Positions 43,871-51,137 of a stretch of DNA of 55,882 nucleotides are shown here, piece by piece. The translations under genes and the position numbers were made by a program. The notes below the pieces were generated by a model. The model was not told the origin of the DNA, ran no database searches, and was given only the letters and a program-made list of their open reading frames with translations. The first letter of the stretch is position 1; each line of letters opens with the position of its first letter. Source of the stretch: a virus (Duplodnaviria > Caudoviricetes); the IMG/VR virus record IMGVR_UViG_3300007363_000002, positions 1 to 55,882 of that record. One strand, 5' to 3'.

Positions 43871-44034
43871 TACCATTTCCTCGGCGTAGGGTTCTTCTCC
43901 CACGAGTGGCGCTCAATCGCACCTAGCTGATCCCACGGCAAGCGTGGAAGCCGAGTTCCATCAACGCGAGGCAAGTAAAATGGCTGACGCAACACATCTT
44001 GTTCGTAGGCAATCTGTCCGGGTGTTTTTGTCAT
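43870..44034 (-). CDS. 54-aa protein (not in ORF track)
   Basis: MTKTPGQIAYEQDVLRQPFY...SWEKNPTPRKW; has its own promoter-leader cassette; TAATG coupling. Confidence 0.7.
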   Translation of the reverse strand: MTKTPGQIAYEQDVLRQPFYLPRVDGTRLPRLPWDQLGAIERHSWEKNPTPRKW

Positions 44035-44093
44035 GGCGGTAGTTCCTTCGTTGTTGGTGAAGCCTTATTGGCACAACAACTAAGTGGTTGCAA
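44035..44093 (-). promoter_or_regulatory. Promoter with conserved leader/RBS
   Basis: TTGCAA -35 overlapping AACCACTTAGTT, then CACCAACAACGAAGGAAC. Confidence 0.55.
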
Positions 44094-44376
44094 CCCCGTT
44101 TCGCACTTTTTCCACAATCTCGTCGATTTCTTCGATTGTACGCGCGATGTACACCGGCACGCCGTGCGCCCGCATGCGTAAAATCTCGCGTTCCTGTATC
44201 GTGCTGACGCGGTCGCCGAAGGCCTTGATCTCGATGAAGGCGACGTGTGGCCAGTCCCACCACACAAAGCAGTCAGGGCAGCCGTTGCGGCCTTCCCAGC
44301 GCACCTTGCGGTATTGCCCCCCGCTCTTCTGCACCTTCTGCTTGAGGTGGTCCTGTAGCTTGCCTGCGGGCGTCAA
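44080..44376 (-). CDS. VRR-NUC domain nuclease
   Basis: GCPD..FIEIK..Q PD-(D/E)xK pattern. Confidence 0.85.
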   Translation of the reverse strand: MTPAGKLQDHLKQKVQKSGGQYRKVRWEGRNGCPDCFVWWDWPHVAFIEIKAFGDRVSTIQEREILRMRAHGVPVYIARTIEEIDEIVEKVRNGVATT

Positions 44377-44651
44377 TCTAATTCACTCGGCTGCAAGTCA
44401 ACGGGCTTGTCGTCAAGCCAACAGTCGATGACGTAGTGTAGGTACGCGCGATCAGCATCGCACTTAGCCTTGGGCTTTCCGTCCTTGACCAGCACAGTCG
44501 CCGTGTCGGCGTTGGCGGCCCCGAAGCACCGCTCTTTGGTCAGGATCAGCTTGCGGGGCATGTCGGCGTTGAAACTGAACGATGCACCACCGTCTGGCTC
44601 CATAAATCCGTACAGAAATGTGATGTTGTAGGGGTTGTATTCGGCTGCCAT
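44373..44651 (-). CDS. Hypothetical protein
   Basis: ATG 44651 after AAGGA; fills the gap between pol and VRR-NUC. Confidence 0.55.
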   Translation of the reverse strand: MAAEYNPYNITFLYGFMEPDGGASFSFNADMPRKLILTKERCFGAANADTATVLVKDGKPKAKCDADRAYLHYVIDCWLDDKPVDLQPSELD

Positions 44652-44655
44652 AATC

Positions 44656-46623
44656 TCAATCCTTCTTGTAGCGGTGGGTCTCGAACCCAGCCGCAGCCAG
44701 CGGCAGGCCGACGGCCCACGACGGGTTGGTGGCCATGATCGACGCAAGCTGCGCCACACTGTATTCGGGCGTGTCCGGCGTCTCGGTAATCAGCTCGTCA
44801 TGCACGCGGATGCAGACTTCGTAGCCGTGCTCCTCCGCGCCGACCATGCCGGTCATGAAGACGTCGCGGGCGACGGCCTGAACGATGTTCTCCACCAGCT
44901 TGCCGCCGTACGTCTCGATGCGCTCCCACTTCTTAGTGTACTGGTTCACGCCCTCAAACGTGACGCGCGCGTCCTCGATCTTGGCGTTGCGGTAGGACAG
45001 GTAGCGCCCGCTGGGCAGCTTGATGCGCAGCCATCCGTCCTTCATGTCGAAGTGGAGCAGGCCGCGCACGTCGAAGCTCTCGCCCTTGCCGCGCACTGCC
45101 GCGCGCGCCGCGCCCTCGACGTCGTACCAGAGGCTCTTTGTCGCAGAGTGCGCCGTGCGCCACGCGGTCACCAGCGGCTTGATCTCGTCGTCCGTCATGG
45201 CCGCGACCGCAGGGCCGCCCATCGTGCGGAAGGCTCCGACGCCGCCCTGATAGCCGCACGCCAGCTCCATCGTCTTGCCGTACTGGCGCATGGACCCGTC
45301 GCCGTTCTTCTTGTTATCGACCACCACTTCGGGGTCGACGTTGAAGCCCTTGGCGTAGGCGACCACGTACAGGTCGTGCCCGATGCCACGGTCGAAGTCG
45401 TAGAAGGCCTTAATCTTCCAGTCCTCACCGGCCAGCCACGCAAGCACGCGGCCCTCGATGTTGGACAAGTCGGCGATGACCAGCTTGCGGCCCGCAGGGG
45501 CCACCAGACAGCCGCGCACGGCGGACGAACACAGGTCGGTCACGTTGTCGAACAGCAGATCTTCACAGTCCAGCTTCATGGCGGAGATGCCGGTCTCGAT
45601 CTCGTCGGCGTCCATCACGGGGCGCGGCAGGTTCTGCGGCTGGAATATCCGCCCCGCGTCGCGGCCTGTGCGCGATGCGCCGCAGAACTGGAGCGTGCCG
45701 CGCAGGCGACCGTCGGACGACGTGGCGTCGAGCAGCACCTTATATTTTGCCGGTGAGGTGGCCGCCGCCTGCTGCCGGATCTCCAACAGCTCACGCACGA
45801 AGGGCGTCAGGCTGCTGCTGCGGAGCAGTTCGGCGACGGTGGACTTAGTCAGGTTCTCCGGCGTGAAATTGTGGTAGTCCCGCAGGTACTGTAGGAAGCG
45901 CGCGCCCTGCGTCAGCTTCGTTACGTGGCCGCCTGTTAGATCGGCTGCACGAGCGGCCAGAGTTCCTGAAGTTCTTCGAAAAGCTCGAAGGGCTGCGTGG
46001 GCGAGTTCAAGGTCGATGGCGATGCCACGGTCATTAACTCTTTGGTCAATTCGCCAAAGGTTCCGCTCACTCCGACTATTGTTCCAATTCGGCAGGCGTC
46101 CATATACGTCTCGCATCGCGTCCACATCGAGGCGGGCGTATTCGATGAACTCGTTCCATTCGGTGGGGTGACTGACACTGTCCGCTCTCCTCAACTTCAT
46201 ATTCTTCGGCCGTGGCTTCGTGAATAAGTGTATCAGCTTTTTGCCTGCCTTGTCTTTAGCTTTGTCGGTAGGCACACCCAATACGTCGCACAGCGTGCCC
46301 AGCGAACCGGGAAGGCTGTGGGCGAGCGCCTGCACCATCGTGTCGCGGATCTTCTCGACGGGTATGTTTACGCCGCAGTGGCGCAGCACGGTGCGGTCGA
46401 AGTGACTGTTGTGGATAACAACGGTGTCGGCATGATCAACAGCCCACTGCAACGTGCCCATCCATTTGTCCCACCCCTCGGTGGCGCAGTCTAAGACGGT
46501 CACCGGCTCGTCGTCCCAAGCGAAGGCAACCAGCAGCACTTCCGCCTCTTCGGCGTAGCGATGCGTCCCGTGCGTGATCGGCACTTCGCTGTAGGTCTCA
46601 ATATCCAAAAAGAGTACGGTCAT
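44656..46623 (-). CDS. polA: Family A DNA polymerase with a 3'-5' exonuclease domain
   Basis: DIET and HNSHFD exonuclease motifs; ADLSNIEGR (A), RQYGKTMEL (B), VHDE (C). Confidence 0.92.
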   Translation of the reverse strand: MTVLFLDIETYSEVPITHGTHRYAEEAEVLLVAFAWDDEPVTVLDCATEGWDKWMGTLQWAVDHADTVVIHNSHFDRTVLRHCGVNIPVEKIRDTMVQALAHSLPGSLGTLCDVLGVPTDKAKDKAGKKLIHLFTKPRPKNMKLRRADSVSHPTEWNEFIEYARLDVDAMRDVYGRLPNWNNSRSERNLWRIDQRVNDRGIAIDLELAHAALRAFRRTSGTLAARAADLTGGHVTKLTQGARFLQYLRDYHNFTPENLTKSTVAELLRSSSLTPFVRELLEIRQQAAATSPAKYKVLLDATSSDGRLRGTLQFCGASRTGRDAGRIFQPQNLPRPVMDADEIETGISAMKLDCEDLLFDNVTDLCSSAVRGCLVAPAGRKLVIADLSNIEGRVLAWLAGEDWKIKAFYDFDRGIGHDLYVVAYAKGFNVDPEVVVDNKKNGDGSMRQYGKTMELACGYQGGVGAFRTMGGPAVAAMTDDEIKPLVTAWRTAHSATKSLWYDVEGAARAAVRGKGESFDVRGLLHFDMKDGWLRIKLPSGRYLSYRNAKIEDARVTFEGVNQYTKKWERIETYGGKLVENIVQAVARDVFMTGMVGAEEHGYEVCIRVHDELITETPDTPEYSVAQLASIMATNPSWAVGLPLAAAGFETHRYKKD

Positions 46624-47033
46624 TTCCAGCGCGCCCCAATCAACCAATGTGGGTAAGGCCTATTGCCAGCAGCGTAATCCATGCGCATATTTTCGCTGCG
46701 AGTGCCGTATTTTAAATTAGACGCGCAGTTGTCAGCAGGGTCGTGGTTCAAATGCAAAACTTCACACCCAGCAGGGCACCGCCCAACAAAGGCTTCCATC
46801 ACTAGTTGATGCACAAGGCGGCTATTACCTTTGCCTATCGCTACGGATAGGTGTCCGCTACGTGTCCGCCCCGGACGCAACAAGCGCGAAGGAACCCGCC
46901 TAGTCGTTTCACCAGCTTGTTTCGTCACTAGACGTACGCGGCGCTCTAACGAACGGACGCGACCTTGATCGCTAACTTCGTACGCACTTTCAGCACCCAC
47001 AACGGGTTTCCAAGTTTCTAAGATGGTCATCAA
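46620..47033 (-). CDS. NUMOD4-HNH free-standing homing endonuclease
   Basis: ETWKPVVG..YEVSDQGRVRS (NUMOD4); VHQLVMEAF..VLHLNHDPADN..SNLKYGTRSEN. Confidence 0.88.
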   Translation of the reverse strand: MMTILETWKPVVGAESAYEVSDQGRVRSLERRVRLVTKQAGETTRRVPSRLLRPGRTRSGHLSVAIGKGNSRLVHQLVMEAFVGRCPAGCEVLHLNHDPADNCASNLKYGTRSENMRMDYAAGNRPYPHWLIGARWK

Positions 47034-47326
47034 CGCTTCCCGTGCAAGATCTCGCTGACGCGGCCCGGATTGATGTTATGCGCTTCGGCAATCTCTTGAT
47101 GCGACGCGTCGGGGTTGGCTGCCGCCATGGCGCGGACAGACGCGCGCACGTCAGCCGTGATGCGCCTGTTCTTCACGGGCGTGCGCGTGTAGCTGCGGCG
47201 GTACGTCTCCTGCATCAACGCGTTGATGCGCAAGTTTATCGCGTACTGACGACGGGCTAACTTTGTGCCTTCATCAGTCAGCTCGGCGATTAAGTCGCGG
47301 ATCTGGGGTATGGTAAGTTTGGTCAT
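47030..47326 (-). CDS. HTH DNA-binding protein
   Basis: C-terminal SHQEIAEAHNINPGRVSEIL. Confidence 0.7.
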   Translation of the reverse strand: MTKLTIPQIRDLIAELTDEGTKLARRQYAINLRINALMQETYRRSYTRTPVKNRRITADVRASVRAMAAANPDASHQEIAEAHNINPGRVSEILHGKR

Positions 47327-47341
47327 GATATTCTCCCTCAA

Positions 47342-47470
47342 TTCTGGTGGACCGCGCCACGCTAGTTACCAACAACGGGAGAGGGATCACCCGGTGCGTG
47401 GCGCGGTCCGCCAGAAAAGAGGGCGCGACGGTTGCTTCCAACTGATGCCGGAGCACCCAACCGTCGCGCC
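47342..47470 (-). ncRNA. Putative structured RNA (two long hairpins), candidate antisense regulator
   Basis: Stem 47342-47362/47396-47416 (20/21) and perfect 13-bp stem 47422-47434/47458-47470; loop 1 is antisense to the early-gene leaders; strand inferred from operon context. Confidence 0.55.
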
Positions 47471-47482
47471 GTCCCTATAGCG

Positions 47483-47740
47483 CTAAATTAGATCAAGTCC
47501 AATAGCTGACGCATATGCGTCGACAAGATAGCGTTCTTCCTGCCGCTTGTCGGGGTCTAACGCCCGCAGGCGCAGGACTTGCCGCATAATCTTGACGTCG
47601 TAGCCGCGAGACTTGCCCTCGGCGAACACGTCCTTGATGTCCTCGGCGATTTCCTTCTTCTGCTCTTCCATCTTTTCGATGCGTTCGAAGAGCAAGTTCA
47701 GTTCGTCACCGGCGACGAGGTTGTGCCCAATGTCCGACAT
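47483..47740 (-). CDS. gapR: GapR-like (DUF2312) nucleoid-associated protein
   Basis: ERIEKMEEQKKEIAEDIKDVFAEGKSRGYDVKIMRQVLRLR. Confidence 0.85.
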   Translation of the reverse strand: MSDIGHNLVAGDELNLLFERIEKMEEQKKEIAEDIKDVFAEGKSRGYDVKIMRQVLRLRALDPDKRQEERYLVDAYASAIGLDLI

Positions 47741-48306
47741 CAGAGCAGGTCTTCCGCGTCGACAGCGAAGTCAGCAAACTCGCTGGCCGATGCCGGTGCG
47801 CTGCCGCCGAAGTTCTCGCCGTCCTTGGCGAACATGACGCCACGCAAGGTGCAGTTAATGCGCTGACCCCACTTGTTGTCCTGAGGCCAAATGTCGACCG
47901 ACGCGTGGACGTAGCAGCCCGAATAAATCAGACGCTCAATTTCTGCGGTGCTTTTGACTTCGTTGCCGAGGCGGTCAACGACCGTAGGCTGTGTGCCTGC
48001 GTTGCGTGCGGACAGATAGAACTTGTCCTCAAAGCCCGCGTACGGCTGGCGTGTCTTCTTGTTGCGGTACTCGGCCTCGACGAAGCAGATCTTCTTGTCG
48101 TCGGTCAGGGCGTCGATTACGTCCTGCGCCTCGTCCTTCCACTTGTCCTTGGCTGCCTCCAAGATGGCGTCCTTAATCTGCTTCACGTGCTCACCCTTCG
48201 GGTCGACGATCAGCTTTGCTCCGTAGGCTGGCTCGCCCTCGCCGAAGGATTGCGGCGAACCCAGAGCTGGGAAGGCGATACGGATATTTTTAAGCATTAC
48301 TTGCAT
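47740..48306 (-). CDS. Single-stranded DNA-binding protein (DUF2815-like)
   Basis: RIAFP..YSGCYV..NKWGQRINCTLRGVMFAKDGENFGG; acidic tail. Confidence 0.85.
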   Translation of the reverse strand: MQVMLKNIRIAFPALGSPQSFGEGEPAYGAKLIVDPKGEHVKQIKDAILEAAKDKWKDEAQDVIDALTDDKKICFVEAEYRNKKTRQPYAGFEDKFYLSARNAGTQPTVVDRLGNEVKSTAEIERLIYSGCYVHASVDIWPQDNKWGQRINCTLRGVMFAKDGENFGGSAPASASEFADFAVDAEDLL

Positions 48307-48317
48307 TTTTCATTTCC

Positions 48318-49559
48318 TCAGTTTGCAGTTAAGTCACGGAAATCATCCATGACGGGTTTTACGACCATCTCTGGTCGCTTATCGGTGGCGGGTGCCACTG
48401 ATGGCTTGCCGTCGCTCCGAACGATCTGCTCTTGCAGGTTCGCCCAGCGCTTGGGGTTTTCTTTGAACACCTTCTCGGCCTTTGTGGGGCTGATTAGCTT
48501 GAAGTCATAGACCTGATCGTCGCGCATGCGGAAGGTCTTCTTCATCGTCTCCTCAACGGCCTTCGGGTCTTTCCAGTCGCGGTTGCCAGCGCGGCCTTGA
48601 ACCAGTTTGTAGCCGGTTACGGGCTGCCCCGCAAGCAGTCGGCGCTCCGTTTCCGCACGGACAGCCTTGCACCACTGCTCGACCATTTCAACCTTGGACA
48701 TGGCCACAGGCAGGTAGTTGTCGCTGGTCTCGGACGTAATCTCCTGCGGCACCAGATCGGCAAAGTCGCTTAGGTCTGCCGAACCGCCGACCACTTCGGC
48801 CATCTCGGCGCGCAGGGCTGGGCAGGTTGCCTTGGCCTTACAGAACTTGCACTGCTTCTCGCCGGGGTTAAACCACTCGCTGTAGTCAAGTGGAGGTCCG
48901 CCCGTATTTTTGTGGGCCATAGAACCAAAGGACGGCACACTGGCGATGCGCTTGGCTACGGTCCGCACCTCCTCTGCAAAGGCGAGTATTTCACTTACCG
49001 GAATGCTGTACTCGCTGACGTGGTTCAGGCGCGGCTGGTGGATGACCATCGTGACCGTGTCGAAGTCGCCGACAAGTTCGTACTCGTTCAGCGCGCCCAG
49101 CGCATATATCATGAGCTGCGGATTGGCGTTCGCATCGACACGCACGCCCATGCCGTACTTTAGGTCAATGATGATGATCTCACTGCCCTTGATGATGATT
49201 ACGTCGGACGTTCCGCCCGCGCCGTCCTCGCCGGTCAAGTGGCCTATGCCGACGCGCTGCTCAACCATAAGTTCACCACCCTCGGCGTACTCACGGACGA
49301 GCTTCATGTAGTCCTTGACGTGGTCGACCATGGTCTGGTCGATGGTGAAGTCGAAGCCGTCGACGGACGCTGGCTTGCCGATCAACAGCGCGGGATCTGC
49401 GCCGCTGATTAGGCATTCTGACGCAAGCTCGTGCGCCACTGTCCCCTCGGCAGCAAATTCGCTGCTGCTGTCGGGGTACTCGGCCTCAAGCTGGACGCTG
49501 GCGAGGCAGGCCATCCAGCGGTGCGCGCCGGACGGACTTAGTTTGGCGTGGGCGCTCAC
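48318..49559 (-). CDS. DUF2800 PD-(D/E)xK (Cas4-like) exonuclease
   Basis: HAKLSPSGAHRWMAC, GTSD, IDLKYG, QLMIYALG, CKFCKAKATCP. Confidence 0.88.
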   Translation of the reverse strand: MSAHAKLSPSGAHRWMACLASVQLEAEYPDSSSEFAAEGTVAHELASECLISGADPALLIGKPASVDGFDFTIDQTMVDHVKDYMKLVREYAEGGELMVEQRVGIGHLTGEDGAGGTSDVIIIKGSEIIIIDLKYGMGVRVDANANPQLMIYALGALNEYELVGDFDTVTMVIHQPRLNHVSEYSIPVSEILAFAEEVRTVAKRIASVPSFGSMAHKNTGGPPLDYSEWFNPGEKQCKFCKAKATCPALRAEMAEVVGGSADLSDFADLVPQEITSETSDNYLPVAMSKVEMVEQWCKAVRAETERRLLAGQPVTGYKLVQGRAGNRDWKDPKAVEETMKKTFRMRDDQVYDFKLISPTKAEKVFKENPKRWANLQEQIVRSDGKPSVAPATDKRPEMVVKPVMDDFRDLTAN

Positions 49560-50050
49560 TTGCCCAGCGCCTCATTGCACAGGCCAACCAGTTCGGGCAG
49601 CAGGGCTGGCTCAATCATGGACGCCTTGGCCACACCGAAGCGGGACAGAAGCTCTTCCATAACTGGCTTGCCGCGCGCCGTAACGACCTTGAGGATCAGC
49701 GGCCGCACAACGGTTTCGAAGTCCAGCGTGTCGATAGGCAGGTCAACGACCTCCAGCTCTTCGTCTTCAGAGGCCGATGCCGCAGGTGCAGGGGTAGTAG
49801 ATGGTTCCTTCGTCGTTGGCTGGCTGGAGAGACCATCCACAGTGGTAGCACCAATGATGGAAGGGGAAGTAGGGTTTGCGGGTGCGGCTTCGGCGACCTC
49901 CGTCTTGGCGGCGTTACGTTTGGCTTGCGCTGCCTCCCGCGCCGCGTCATCCGCAGCGTTGATGGCCGCGCTGCGCAAGCTCGCGCCGATGGCCAACAGC
50001 TTGTCGGCCACTTCGGGGATGCTGTTTCCTGTTACTTCGATCTTAATCAT
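49556..50050 (-). CDS. Conserved replication-module protein
   Basis: Low-complexity linker plus a C-terminal ELLSRFGVAKAS helical domain; typical upstream of DUF2800. Confidence 0.7.
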   Translation of the reverse strand: MIKIEVTGNSIPEVADKLLAIGASLRSAAINAADDAAREAAQAKRNAAKTEVAEAAPANPTSPSIIGATTVDGLSSQPTTKEPSTTPAPAASASEDEELEVVDLPIDTLDFETVVRPLILKVVTARGKPVMEELLSRFGVAKASMIEPALLPELVGLCNEALGK

Positions 50051-50053
50051 CTG

Positions 50054-50272
50054 TCAGTTTCCTTTTTTCATTTCGTTAATAGCTTTCTTGGCCTCATGGA
50101 TCGCGTTCAGCAACGGAATGTGGCATTCAACGCATACATCCTGCCAGCCCGTCATACCCATAGGACCACGGCCAATTTGCTGCATCGCAGTGCCGGAGAC
50201 TACGATCTGTGTCAGGCTGTTCATCTGCTTGCCGCAAATGTCGCAGGTGAGGGTCTGCTCAACCTTTAGCAC
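50054..50272 (-). CDS. Small Zn-finger protein
   Basis: CDIC...CVEC. Confidence 0.6.
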   Translation of the reverse strand: MLKVEQTLTCDICGKQMNSLTQIVVSGTAMQQIGRGPMGMTGWQDVCVECHIPLLNAIHEAKKAINEMKKGN

Positions 50273-50286
50273 GCTGCCACCACTGG

Positions 50287-50583
50287 TTAACCTTCATTAT
50301 TCTGCTCTTTCAGTCGTTCGATAGTTTCGTCGCGCGTGGTAAGCATAAGTTCGAGCACGTCGATTTTATGTTGCAGCTCGCAGATCTCGTCGTCGAGCTT
50401 GTTCGCGTCGCGTTCAAAGTCGGCGGCGCGGTCTTTTAGGGCTTCAGTTTCCGCCTCGTACTCAACCCATACGGCCTCCAGACGCTCGCCCAGCACGATG
50501 GCCAGCTCTGCGTTGGGGTTGTAGCGGGCTTCCTCGAGAAGTTTGCTGTCCTCGCACATTCGGTATGTATTACGGTCTGTCAT
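50287..50583 (-). CDS. Coiled-coil hypothetical protein
   Basis: Start reassigned to ATG 50583 (MTDRNTYR). Confidence 0.6.
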   Translation of the reverse strand: MTDRNTYRMCEDSKLLEEARYNPNAELAIVLGERLEAVWVEYEAETEALKDRAADFERDANKLDDEICELQHKIDVLELMLTTRDETIERLKEQNNEG

Positions 50584-50584
50584 A

Positions 50585-50755
50585 TCAAAAGTTCCATTCT
50601 TTAGCGCCGCGCTCGGCGGCAATGCGGCGGGCGTCGCGTTTGTCCGCGACGACGATTGTCTCAACCTTAAAGGGCCGCCCGTCATCCCCGATGTGTTGGA
50701 TGTCCAGTTCCTTGCGGCCCTTGACGACATAGTAGCTGGCGCGAAGTTCGGACAT
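50585..50755 (-). CDS. 56-aa protein (not in ORF track)
   Basis: MSELRASYYVVKGRKELDI...RRIAAERGAKEWNF fills the gap exactly. Confidence 0.65.
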   Translation of the reverse strand: MSELRASYYVVKGRKELDIQHIGDDGRPFKVETIVVADKRDARRIAAERGAKEWNF

Positions 50756-50757
50756 GA

Positions 50758-51072
50758 TTATGCCTTTCTCGCCACGACCTTAACGGTCGTGTAGCCCTTG
50801 GCTACTTTCTGGTTCTTGCTGAACCACCGACCGTCGACGCCCAGCTCGCGGAGCTTGGCTTCGGCTGCCTTGGCGTCGAGCGACGAACGCTCGGCGACAA
50901 TGGAGACGGTGGCGCGGAAGGCGCGGCCGTCAATCGCGTCGGCACCGGCGTCGGTGATACGCGCAATCAGATCGGCCTCAACCTTCTTGAGGTCGGCGAT
51001 CTGGGCCTTGATGTCGCCCAGACGGTCGACGATGGCGGAGCTGAAGTCGATAGTATTAAAGGCGGTAGCCAT
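50758..51072 (-). CDS. Conserved phage protein
   Basis: VDRLGDIKAQIADLKKVEADL..IDGRAFRATVS; has its own promoter cassette. Confidence 0.7.
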   Translation of the reverse strand: MATAFNTIDFSSAIVDRLGDIKAQIADLKKVEADLIARITDAGADAIDGRAFRATVSIVAERSSLDAKAAEAKLRELGVDGRWFSKNQKVAKGYTTVKVVARKA

Positions 51073-51134
51073 TTTGTAATCCCTTTCGTGTTGTTGGTGA
51101 CACGGTCTCTAAACTGCTTGGTTGCAGGGGTCAA
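51073..51134 (-). promoter_or_regulatory. Sigma70-like promoter with conserved leader/RBS
   Basis: TTGACC-N17-TAGAGA, then CACCAACAACACGAAAGGGATTACAAAATG. Confidence 0.65.
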
Positions 51135-51137
51135 GCA

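Noticed and set aside
44635-45756. Long antisense or alternative-frame ORFs (also 27656-28567, 31378-32385, 51156-52019 and others)
   Set aside because: These are shadows of GC3-biased genes, with no SD sites or recognisable motifs, unlike the nested HNH.
47342-47470. Hairpins as a tRNA or a simple rho-independent terminator
   Set aside because: There is no cloverleaf or T-loop consensus. The loops are long and structured, and only a short U run lies between the hairpins on the - strand. A terminator role for hairpin 2 is not fully excluded.
48318-49559. Cas4-like nuclease as evidence of a CRISPR system
   Set aside because: No repeat-spacer array or other cas genes were seen; DUF2800 is a standard part of this replication module.
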